Source of the DNA: an uncultured Candidatus Saccharibacteria bacterium
Lineage (GTDB): Bacteria; Patescibacteriota; Saccharimonadia; Saccharimonadales; JBBQAJ01
DNA length: 64,000 bases
Direction of reading: 5' to 3'
Assembly: GCA_964593805.1 (NCBI GenBank)
Contig: CAZQHP010000001.1
Coordinates: forward strand, 517,283 to 581,282
The position numbers and the translations under genes are program-made. Below are positions 36,721 to 44,448 of the stretch, piece by piece. The notes beneath the pieces are model-generated. The model did not search any database. It was not told where the DNA came from and saw only the letters and a program-made list of their open reading frames with translations. How positions within the stretch are numbered: the stretch's first letter is position 1; the number at the start of each line of letters is the position of its first letter.

Positions 36721-37470
36721 ATGAACAGGCCAGAATTAGTACCAGGAAACCACGAAGCTATTTTTGAGTTTTACAGGGCTTTTGAGCCAAATCAGAAAAT
36801 ACAGCGCTTTGGCTTTGCGCTAATGCACGCGGTGTACCGGAGCGAAGTTCATTACGACGCCGATGCAGCAAGCGCGATAAGGGAGCACCTAGAGGGTGGC
36901 GGCAGTTTGATTGTGGCGCCCAATCACCAGTCCAACGCCGACACCCCAACCATAGGCGGTCTTATTTACGAAGACGCTTTTGCTCTGCTAAGGGACAACG
37001 TGATAGCGCCAGGCAAGGCGTCACTATTCCGGTGGCCCATTCTGGGGAAATTTCTTGAACACATGGGAGTGCATCCTACCTTTAGGGGTAAAGATTATCA
37101 GGACGACGAAGAGGGCCAATTACTTAGAAAAACCGTTGCTGATTCTGTGGTAGGCCTAAACATTGACTATGTAAACAACGGCGGCAGCATAGCAATCTTC
37201 CCAGAAGGCACGCGCAACCGTGGGAACCCCCTAGAAATTCAAAAACTCAGAACCGGAATCGGCAACATAGCCGTGGGAGTAGAAGACCCGGCAAATGTTC
37301 TGATTGTGCCTATGGGATTTGCCTACAGATGGCAGCATGTCAAACTGAGCCCGGTTGTAGTTGTAAATGAACCATTTAGCCCTGAGAGTATGACGCGAGA
37401 CCAAGTTTTGGCCGAAACGCAAACAAGAATACAATCCGCCACAATAGAAGCATTCGACCTAGCAGCGTAG
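36721..37470 (+). CDS. plsC: 1-acyl-sn-glycerol-3-phosphate acyltransferase family protein
   Basis: Contains the HX4D motif (NHQSNAD) and FPEGTRNRG. The ATG at 36721 was chosen because 36703 lies inside the promoter element. Confidence 0.8.
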   Translation: MNRPELVPGNHEAIFEFYRAFEPNQKIQRFGFALMHAVYRSEVHYDADAASAIREHLEGGGSLIVAPNHQSNADTPTIGGLIYEDAFALLRDNVIAPGKASLFRWPILGKFLEHMGVHPTFRGKDYQDDEEGQLLRKTVADSVVGLNIDYVNNGGSIAIFPEGTRNRGNPLEIQKLRTGIGNIAVGVEDPANVLIVPMGFAYRWQHVKLSPVVVVNEPFSPESMTRDQVLAETQTRIQSATIEAFDLAA

Positions 37471-37525
37471 CCGCTGGCGTACTGAGAAACAGGGACAAGT
37501 GGACTGTCCCCCAGCTGCTTTAAAT

Positions 37526-37840
37526 TCATGCGTCCAGTGTTTCTAGCTCTTCAAGAATGTCTGTGAGCGAGTCGGGATTTTCAAGAATACGGTCAACATA
37601 CTCGGGCGGAAGTTCAGCGACAAGGCCATCTATAATTTCTGCAGGGTCGCCAAAAACTCGACCCATTGAAGCAACCATGGCGCTTAGGTCGTGATCTACG
37701 TCTATCCCACTTGCACTCATTCGTTCTCGAACTTGTTCGTCAGTTTCACGAGCCGTAGGGTCATCTAAATCAACCTCCCAATAGGAATTTGGCAGAGATT
37801 CGGCAGAATCAGGTATGTGCGGAAAATGTTGTTCTAACAT
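37526..37840 (-). CDS. Hypothetical highly acidic 104-aa protein
   Basis: ORF only. Confidence 0.45.
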   Translation of the reverse strand: MLEQHFPHIPDSAESLPNSYWEVDLDDPTARETDEQVRERMSASGIDVDHDLSAMVASMGRVFGDPAEIIDGLVAELPPEYVDRILENPDSLTDILEELETLDA

Positions 37841-37858
37841 AGCTCCATTATACAGTAC

Positions 37859-37901
37859 CTATTTTGCTCATGCTTGCCTTTTTCTAACAGAGGCGTATAA
37901 G
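37859..37901 (+). promoter_or_regulatory. Conserved promoter-like element, copy 2
   Basis: ctattttgctcatgcttgcct-16 nt-tataag. Confidence 0.6.
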
Positions 37902-37928
37902 TGTAGGTAATTATTTGAAGGAGACGTT

Positions 37929-38855
37929 ATGGCTGAGCAAGCAGAAAGACAAATTATTATTGAAGGGTTACCACCTGTTTTTGACGAAGTTGTAAATGAT
38001 TTTATCGATGCGCGTCATCCAGACCACTTTATTAACAAAGATGTAAGCGTAAGATTAGGAGGAGTTGCAACTGTCGGTGGTCTGGCTGCAGTAATTGGCA
38101 CATGGGATTTTGCAGCTACCAGTATTGGTAATATAGGCTTCTCAAAGGACACTCGGCGTGATGAAGTTACGACTTCAATGGGCGAAAGGATTGATTCAAT
38201 CGAAGATCAGTTAAGCCGTCATCCATATGAAATCTCGGTATGCCGAGAGTCGTCATATGGCGTTTGTCAACAATCTGAGGTTTATGATGTAAGAACTGAG
38301 CAAGGTGTGGTGGCTTTTTTGGATGATGATATCAGCCCGACGGATTCGCCTTCTACTGAAGACCAGGTACTCTTATCTGGGCTGCCAGCTGAAACTAATG
38401 GCCAGCGTACAGCTTCGTTTGACGAAACAATAATCAACGGCTTAAACGCAAAAACAGAAGAATATGTGGGAACAATCCCGGATACCAAGCCAGAAACTAC
38501 CAGCACTTTCACCGGTGAGTTTATAGAGTTTGGTGGTTCTGTAGCAATTATATTCGCAGGTTTAGCTGCGTTTTTATTCAAGAGATACGAACATCAGGCC
38601 AAGCGTTTAGCGACAGCGACTGATAAGTTAACCGATTATAAAAAGTACCAGGAAGTAGGTGACGTGCCGCGAAGTGGCCGTTTAGATGCCACTTCTATAA
38701 AAGAATCGGCTGCCTGGAAGCCCGGATATGCGTGGCAAGGTAATCAAAAGCTAGTCCCACTGCCTAGAAAAGGTGGCAAAAAAGCAAGGCTTGAATTACG
38801 CAGTTCAGTGCACAGACTGGTGGAAGCTCAGTTGGATCGCCAAGAAGCAGGTTAA
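37929..38855 (+). CDS. Hypothetical protein with two predicted TM segments
   Basis: 308 aa with an AGGAGA RBS. The hydrophobic segments are GGVATVGGLAAVIG and GGSVAIIFAGLAAFLF. Confidence 0.55.
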   Translation: MAEQAERQIIIEGLPPVFDEVVNDFIDARHPDHFINKDVSVRLGGVATVGGLAAVIGTWDFAATSIGNIGFSKDTRRDEVTTSMGERIDSIEDQLSRHPYEISVCRESSYGVCQQSEVYDVRTEQGVVAFLDDDISPTDSPSTEDQVLLSGLPAETNGQRTASFDETIINGLNAKTEEYVGTIPDTKPETTSTFTGEFIEFGGSVAIIFAGLAAFLFKRYEHQAKRLATATDKLTDYKKYQEVGDVPRSGRLDATSIKESAAWKPGYAWQGNQKLVPLPRKGGKKARLELRSSVHRLVEAQLDRQEAG

Positions 38856-38896
38856 AATCTGCTCGTGCTTGCGTTTTTATAACAGAGGTGTATAAA
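38854..38896 (+). promoter_or_regulatory. Conserved promoter-like element, copy 3
   Basis: aaaatctgctcgtgcttgcgt-16 nt-tataaa. It begins at the stop codon of the preceding gene. Confidence 0.6.
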
Positions 38897-38920
38897 TGTA
38901 AACAATTTTGGAGATATCTA

Positions 38921-39466
38921 ATGGCTAATTTGATGGAAGTACAACTTGGGCACTATGGTCAAGAAAGAATTGACCCAGAAATCTATGCCAGCATCTTCGA
39001 GACCGATGAAGCCCTCGCCGTTCAAGAGAAAGTAGCACAAGCTAGGGGCGCAGTAAGTGCATTAATGCAGAAAACTGGGTTAGTGCTTGTGCGCAGCGCA
39101 TCATTCGATCTACCAACAGAAGCCGCTATAGCAACAAAATATAAAGTATGGCTACCCCGAGATGTTTTTCACAAGTATGACGAGCCCTACGTGACTGGTG
39201 CTTCTCAAATTGACGGTCAAGTAAATGGGATGATTCGTATGAAATTGGATCCAGCCGAGGATTTTAACGTTTCTTTTAGTGGGACTCGGAGTGGCGGGAA
39301 CTCATCTGGTAGGTTTGAGACAGCAATTCCAAGTTCGGCAGAGACTAACAGAATACCTGCCAGGCCTGTAAGTAAAAACAAAGCACGTTTAACGATTCTT
39401 GGCCTAGCTGCAGCCGCTGAGTATGCACGAAGCTGGAATTTGGACGAAGCGTTCCAAGAAGTTTAG
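38921..39466 (+). CDS. Hypothetical protein (181 aa)
   Basis: The ATG at 38921 has a GGAGA RBS. The 38888 start lies inside the promoter element. Confidence 0.5.
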   Translation: MANLMEVQLGHYGQERIDPEIYASIFETDEALAVQEKVAQARGAVSALMQKTGLVLVRSASFDLPTEAAIATKYKVWLPRDVFHKYDEPYVTGASQIDGQVNGMIRMKLDPAEDFNVSFSGTRSGGNSSGRFETAIPSSAETNRIPARPVSKNKARLTILGLAAAAEYARSWNLDEAFQEV

Positions 39467-39547
39467 GAGAATATTATTCACACACATAAGGCCTACTAAT
39501 GCCTAGGTCAAGAATATGAGGTTAGAGTTGATATAACTTCTGTGGTA

Positions 39548-39592
39548 CTACATTTTGCTCACGCTTGAATTAGTGTTTCGTGGGTGTATGCT
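39548..39592 (+). promoter_or_regulatory. Conserved promoter-like element, copy 4
   Basis: ctacattttgctcacgcttgaat-16 nt-tatgct. The ATG at 39599 is only 6 nt downstream, which implies a leaderless transcript. Confidence 0.55.
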
Positions 39593-39598
39593 TAGTCT

Positions 39599-39859
39599 AT
39601 GAAGCGACCTGAATCAACGGAACAAAAACCCAGAGTCCAGCAATTCGAAAGGTCGGAAGCTAGAACTTTCGGGGCAATTGCAGTACAAGGGAGGCTCACA
39701 GAAGCGTCTACCCCGTCAGCATATGATGATAGAGATGTTCCAGGGCAAAGAACTATATTAGTAACCGGAATTGATTTTGCTCCAAAACGAACACAATACG
39801 ATAGTTTTGGTTTAATTGCTTATCACGAAGAACAACAGAGAACTAGTAAAAAGCAGTAG
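39599..39859 (+). CDS. Hypothetical 86-aa protein
   Basis: ORF only, with a possibly leaderless start. Confidence 0.4.
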   Translation: MKRPESTEQKPRVQQFERSEARTFGAIAVQGRLTEASTPSAYDDRDVPGQRTILVTGIDFAPKRTQYDSFGLIAYHEEQQRTSKKQ

Positions 39860-39884
39860 CTACCGTATTATTGTGCGGAGGGTG

Positions 39885-39913
39885 CTATTTTGCTCATGCT
39901 TGCGTTTTTGTAG
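39885..39913 (+). promoter_or_regulatory. Conserved promoter-like element, copy 5 (upstream half only)
   Basis: ctattttgctcatgcttgcgtttttgtag. No obvious -10 sits at the usual spacing. Confidence 0.45.
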
Positions 39914-39979
39914 AACCCGGCCGCGCTTTTTAATTCTTATGTTTATGCTATCCTTAAATCAATAACTAGGGGGAGTTTT

Positions 39980-40672
39980 ATGGACAAGCCAGCGGAATCA
40001 ACAGACGCAATACAACCTGCAAAACCAACTGAAACGGCACAGCCAACAAAACCAGGCAAAAAAAATCGCGGCAAAACCATACAACTAGCTCTGTTAATTG
40101 CGGTCTTGGTGCTGGCGGCCGCGGGAACTGCCTACTGGTGGCGCAACAAAACCGCCAACCAAGCCGAAAAGAAACAAGCTGCCACCATAACTGCTTTGCA
40201 GCAAACAACGGCGAGCTTGGAAAAACAACTGGCCGAAGAAAAAGACAAAAACGCAAAACCTGCCGGCGCGCCCGCTCCAGCGCCTTGTACCGCTAAAGCA
40301 CCTACCGCGGCGGTAATTGAAAACATTGAAGCGTCTATAACGTCTGGCAACACCGCCGCGCTGGAAGGCTACATGGCGGCGAGTGTAAACGTAATTATTG
40401 CCGCTTCCGAGGGGCTTGGCGCCAAAACGCCCACCCAGGCGGTTGCTAGCATCACCGATTTTATTTCCAGCGATACTGCGTCTTGGGACTATGATTTTTC
40501 ACTGCCGGCTCCCACGCTAACTTCTTACGCCAAAGGCAGTTACGCCCAGTATTTCCCAAGCATTGCGGTTGTGGGAAAAGCCTCCAACAAAAAAGTTATT
40601 TCGTTTTCGTTTGATTGCAACGCCAAAATCAGCACGGTGTTTTTGGCTGCCAACGAAGACCTCCTAAAATAG
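39980..40672 (+). CDS. Hypothetical membrane-anchored exported protein
   Basis: 230 aa with a GGGGGAG RBS and a single N-terminal TM segment (IQLALLIAVLVLAAAGTAYWW). Confidence 0.6.
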   Translation: MDKPAESTDAIQPAKPTETAQPTKPGKKNRGKTIQLALLIAVLVLAAAGTAYWWRNKTANQAEKKQAATITALQQTTASLEKQLAEEKDKNAKPAGAPAPAPCTAKAPTAAVIENIEASITSGNTAALEGYMAASVNVIIAASEGLGAKTPTQAVASITDFISSDTASWDYDFSLPAPTLTSYAKGSYAQYFPSIAVVGKASNKKVISFSFDCNAKISTVFLAANEDLLK

Positions 40673-40713
40673 CAGTCTCTACGGCGCAAACGCCGCTTCT
40701 TCCTTTCTGCTAG

Positions 40714-41124
40714 CTAATACTGGTCAAACCGCGTGTGCCGGCGGCGCCAAGTTAGAATCGCCCACAAAATTGCCAGCGAAATCAAAAGTATAGAAAAACC
40801 AATAGCGCCGATTTTCCAAAATGACAAGGTTTTGGCCGAATCGGGCGCCACGGAGCTGGCTGGCGTGCTTGACTGATCTGTTTGTGAGGGATCACTGGAA
40901 GTAGATGGTTCATCAATCACTGGGGTAGCGGGTGCTGCGGTATCTCCAGAAGCGCTGCTGCCCGCACCGGCGGGGGATTGGGTGCAGTTGTTATTGTATG
41001 TGCCAGCACCATACGTGCCGCAGCCGTAAGTAGCGGCAAAAGCCGGGCTGGCGATTGCTAGGACAAATAAAACTGACGCTAAGCTAACTTTTATAATCTG
41101 TTTTATTTGCCTAAACGTAGACAT
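40714..41124 (-). CDS. Hypothetical surface protein with a signal peptide and a C-terminal TM anchor plus basic tail
   Basis: The signal peptide ends at AFA. A Ser/Pro/Thr-rich linker follows. The C-terminus is IGAIGFSILLISLAILWAILTWRRRH. Confidence 0.55.
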   Translation of the reverse strand: MSTFRQIKQIIKVSLASVLFVLAIASPAFAATYGCGTYGAGTYNNNCTQSPAGAGSSASGDTAAPATPVIDEPSTSSDPSQTDQSSTPASSVAPDSAKTLSFWKIGAIGFSILLISLAILWAILTWRRRHTRFDQY

Positions 41125-41194
41125 TATTACAAAATTCCGTTCTTTGAGGGTTATGTTATACTTATTCTAGCAACTTTAATAAGCGAGGGAAAGC

Positions 41195-41359
41195 ATGGGT
41201 AAGACAGAAGAGCTCTTAATAATCCTTGTCATCATACTGCTTTTGTTCGGGGCAAAAAAGTTACCCGAACTGGCACGCGGTCTAGGCGAATCAGTCAAAG
41301 AAGTCCGCAAAGGCTTTAGCGAAGACACAGACAATAAAAAAGAGAAAAAAACCAGCTAG
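41195..41359 (+). CDS. tatA: Twin-arginine translocase subunit TatA/E (54 aa; below the ORF-track cutoff)
   Basis: My manual translation is MGKTEELLIILVIILLLFGAKKLPELARGLGESVKEVRKGFSEDTDNKKEKKTS. It has a GAGGGA RBS and sits directly upstream of tatC. Confidence 0.85.
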   Translation: MGKTEELLIILVIILLLFGAKKLPELARGLGESVKEVRKGFSEDTDNKKEKKTS

Positions 41360-41368
41360 GCACCAGCA

Positions 41369-42277
41369 ATGGCCCTGCGTAAAAATAAAAAACTGGCCAA
41401 CCCAAACAAACCGCTAACATTACTGGATCATTTGCACGAATTGCGTTTCCGGGTGGCATGTTCCGCCGCAGCCTTTCTGGCTGGAGGCGCCGTTGGCTAT
41501 GTATTCCACCTCCAGATAATTGAGTGGGTACGGCGGCCCCTGCACCAAACCCTGTACTTCAACACGCCGGCCGGCAATTTTAACTTTATCATGAGCATTT
41601 GCATGCTGACGGGACTGATAGCGGCTATCCCCGTGATAGCCTACAACCTAATCGCGTTTATCCAGCCCGCCCTCCCCAGCGCCGTGCTTGGCAAAAAAAT
41701 CCGCCGTATGACGCTGTTTTCTTTCGTGCTAGCCATGTGCGGCATGTTTTTTGCTTATTTTGTGATTATACCAGCATCTCTACGCTTTTTCTTGGGCTTT
41801 AACATCGCTGGCATTGAAGCGATTATAACGGCCGACAGCTACCTGCAGTTTATAATTAGCAGCCTGATATCTTTTATGGTTATTTTTCAAATACCGCTTA
41901 TTATGACCATAATAGACCGCATCAAACCCATCCCACCCAGCAAACTTATCAAAAAAGAGCGGCACGTGGTTGTTGGATCGCTGGTAATAGCGCTGGCGCA
42001 GCCTTTTACCTATGACCCGCTAACGATGTTTCTGATTGCCGCGCCCATGATTGTCCTATACAACCTGTCAATTATTATGCTTTACCTGGCGCACCGCAAG
42101 CGGCCGGCAGGCCTGCCAATGCAGACGCCGCTTTTCCGCCCGGCCACCAAACTTTCCATGGTGCCTTCCCAGGCGTTGCCCCAGCTTTCTTTCATAACAA
42201 CTTCCGCCGCCAAACCAACGCTCATACAAGATGTTGTCAGGCAGACGGAACAGCCAAGTTTGCATTACCAAATGTAA
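41369..42277 (+). CDS. tatC: Twin-arginine translocase subunit TatC
   Basis: 302 aa with the N-terminal motif LLDHLHELRFRV and 6 TM segments. Confidence 0.88.
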   Translation: MALRKNKKLANPNKPLTLLDHLHELRFRVACSAAAFLAGGAVGYVFHLQIIEWVRRPLHQTLYFNTPAGNFNFIMSICMLTGLIAAIPVIAYNLIAFIQPALPSAVLGKKIRRMTLFSFVLAMCGMFFAYFVIIPASLRFFLGFNIAGIEAIITADSYLQFIISSLISFMVIFQIPLIMTIIDRIKPIPPSKLIKKERHVVVGSLVIALAQPFTYDPLTMFLIAAPMIVLYNLSIIMLYLAHRKRPAGLPMQTPLFRPATKLSMVPSQALPQLSFITTSAAKPTLIQDVVRQTEQPSLHYQM

Positions 42278-42319
42278 TGCCTTAAAATAAAACATAACCA
42301 ATAAAGCGCAGTCATAAAA

Positions 42320-42520
42320 ATGCAAAATATATTCCAAAAAGAAATGAGCCGGCAGGATTTTTTCCGTTATGTGGGATCTATAATCCTTGGTGTTATAGGG
42401 GTAACCCACCTGATAACTACGCTCAACCGGCACGGTTTGGGCAGCCAGCGTTCCTCTAATGCCGGGGTTGGCTATGGCGGCAGTCCTTACGGCGGGCCCA
42501 AAAAAGCCAAATTACTCTAG
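42320..42520 (+). CDS. Small hypothetical protein with a degenerate Tat-like signal (SRQDFFRYV plus a hydrophobic stretch)
   Basis: 66 aa immediately downstream of tatC. The motif has RQ in place of RR. Confidence 0.35.
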   Translation: MQNIFQKEMSRQDFFRYVGSIILGVIGVTHLITTLNRHGLGSQRSSNAGVGYGGSPYGGPKKAKLL

Positions 42521-42533
42521 TATCTGACTTTAT

Positions 42534-43010
42534 CTACTCTAAAATAGAACGCTCGGCGGCTGGAATTTGATCCAGCAGAGCTGTGATCGGCTTCTTAGTG
42601 CGAGGATCTATCAAGTCTTGGCATAGGTCGCAGAGGGGACGCAGCACAAAATCACGCTCGGCAAAACGGGGGTGGGGAAGTGTCAAGTCCGGTTTCTCCG
42701 CCACAATATCATCGTAGAATATAATGTCTATGTCTATTTCGCGCGGACCCCAGCGAAAGCGCTTTATCCTGCCCAATTCTAGCTCCACTTTTTTGACAAA
42801 CTTCAACAATTCCTTGGGAGCGAGCTCTGTCTGTCCGCAAACCACCGTATTCAAAAAATCCGCCTGATTGGTGTGACCCACGGCTTTGGTGGTATACAGA
42901 GGCGCACTCACGGCGCAGTCCAGGACTTTTTGCAGTTCTTCCTGCGCCGCGGTGACATGCCCAAGGGTATTGCCGACATTTGAACCCAACGCCAGATATA
43001 CAACAGCCAT
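42534..43010 (-). CDS. folK: 2-amino-4-hydroxy-6-hydroxymethyldihydropteridine diphosphokinase (HPPK)
   Basis: Contains VYLALGSNVGN and RWGPREIDIDII, both characteristic of HPPK. Confidence 0.85.
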   Translation of the reverse strand: MAVVYLALGSNVGNTLGHVTAAQEELQKVLDCAVSAPLYTTKAVGHTNQADFLNTVVCGQTELAPKELLKFVKKVELELGRIKRFRWGPREIDIDIIFYDDIVAEKPDLTLPHPRFAERDFVLRPLCDLCQDLIDPRTKKPITALLDQIPAAERSILE

Positions 43011-43076
43011 AAATTGATAGTAGCACAATCCTGTTTTGACTGCGACAGATTGATGCGCCTATACTTAGAACGTATC

Positions 43077-43670
43077 ATGAAAAGCATACCTTGGCCCTCG
43101 GACAAACTACTAAAACGAGTAAACCACGCACTCCTGGCCAGCATTATTTTGACCAATGGTTATGTCCTGCTGATGCCTTTGTTGCCAAAGGTGAATTACG
43201 AACTCAAACAGCGTATTACAAAGCCCGTAAAAGTCAATCCGGCGGATTCCAACAGCGTAGGTAGCATTGACCGGTCGCGCGACCACCTGATATTGCCAAC
43301 CATGCAGCTGGATGAGCCGGTTTATTTTGGCACCAATGCCTCGCTAGTCCACAGGGGCATCTGGCAGCGCCCACAGACAAATACGCCAGACAAAGGAGGC
43401 AATACCGTGCTGGTAGGCCACCGCTTTACCTACGCCGGAGCGGCGGTGTTTTATAACCTGGACAAACTAAAGACTGGCGACGACGTCTACTTTGCGTACA
43501 ACCAAAAAATTTATCATTACAAAGTAACCAGCTCTGCCATAGTGCCGCCGACGGCTGTGGAAGTAGAAGCACCTAGCCATGAAACCAAACTCACGCTCTA
43601 CACCTGCGCGCCGCTTTTAACTGCCAAAGACCGTTTGGTATATGTAGCCGAACTAAAGGAAATCTTATGA
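43077..43670 (+). CDS. Sortase family transpeptidase
   Basis: It has an N-terminal TM anchor, the catalytic His context VLVGHRF, and the TLxTC motif (LTLYTCAP). The promoter is TTGACT-18-TATACT upstream of the ATG at 43077. Confidence 0.8.
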   Translation: MKSIPWPSDKLLKRVNHALLASIILTNGYVLLMPLLPKVNYELKQRITKPVKVNPADSNSVGSIDRSRDHLILPTMQLDEPVYFGTNASLVHRGIWQRPQTNTPDKGGNTVLVGHRFTYAGAAVFYNLDKLKTGDDVYFAYNQKIYHYKVTSSAIVPPTAVEVEAPSHETKLTLYTCAPLLTAKDRLVYVAELKEIL

Positions 43671-43777
43671 GTGAAAGAAAGCGGTTTGTAGTCTTACTGG
43701 TATTAGCGGCGGCGAGCGTCGCGCTGTTGCTATACGTGCGCCATAGCGTTGGCGCGAATTTTACGAACCAGTTTTAG
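43667..43777 (+). CDS. Possible 36-aa membrane peptide coupled to the sortase gene
   Basis: It shares an ATGA overlap with the sortase stop. The translation is MSERKRFVVLLVLAAASVALLLYVRHSVGANFTNQF. This is speculative. Confidence 0.25.
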   Translation: MSERKRFVVLLVLAAASVALLLYVRHSVGANFTNQF

Positions 43778-44448
43778 TTCTGGTTAGCGCGCCTAACAAC
43801 CAGGTAGTAGTAGCCTGCCGCTAACAGTGCTGCCAGGCCGCCGGCGTACCACCAATTGCTGGTTTTTGAGCCGTCATCGGTTTTTTTGGTTTCCGCGCCC
43901 AGGACATCCTTCTTGTCTTTGTCAGTGCTAGCGGCTTGGTCGTCCACTACGCCATCACCGTTAGTATCGCCAGCCACAGCGCCAGCAGTTTGGCCGCCCG
44001 TAGCCGTGCCAGCTGTACCGGCTCCTTGGCCGCCAGCACCAGTGTTGGTAAACACCGTCGTAACGGTTGGCTGTGGTGCATTAGTAATCTGGACGCTTAC
44101 CGTTTTGCTGGGTTTTGTGCTTTCACCGTCCCCATGGTTTGTGGATTGGACGTAGTAGCTATATGTTCCGGTTGCCGGCAGGGAGATACTGAATACCCCT
44201 GAGTTGCCGTTGTTGTGAGTAACTTCTTGCGTTCCTTTTGAGAGGCTGTTTTCAAATAACTCTACTTTGAAATCGTCTTCTGGGATTGTAGAAGTCACGC
44301 CGTAAGCAATGTTTAGGGTTCGGTTTGAGGTAGCCGCTGGCTCAGATATATCAACATTTACATATCGTTGCAAAACCGCGTAAGCGGGAACAGTAAGTAC
44401 TACAAGACTTACTAGAGTAATGATTGCCGTGGTAATTAGACGCTTCAT
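43774..44448 (-). CDS. Secreted Ig/FN3-like protein with a Gly/Thr/Ala linker and a C-terminal TM anchor, coupled to the giant adhesin
   Basis: The ATG at 44448 overlaps the adhesin stop as ATGA, with AGGAGG upstream. The signal peptide is MKRLITTAIITLVSLVVLTVPAYA, and the C-terminus is GGLAALLAAGYYYLVVRRANQN. Confidence 0.65.
   Translation of the reverse strand: MKRLITTAIITLVSLVVLTVPAYAVLQRYVNVDISEPAATSNRTLNIAYGVTSTIPEDDFKVELFENSLSKGTQEVTHNNGNSGVFSISLPATGTYSYYVQSTNHGDGESTKPSKTVSVQITNAPQPTVTTVFTNTGAGGQGAGTAGTATGGQTAGAVAGDTNGDGVVDDQAASTDKDKKDVLGAETKKTDDGSKTSNWWYAGGLAALLAAGYYYLVVRRANQN

Noticed and set aside
36669-39913. The five repeated ~30-45-bp elements might form a CRISPR array.
   Set aside because: Their spacing is 0.3-1.2 kb and irregular. 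The intervening DNA encodes proteins with RBSs. The repeats are imperfect and carry -35/-10-like hexamers.
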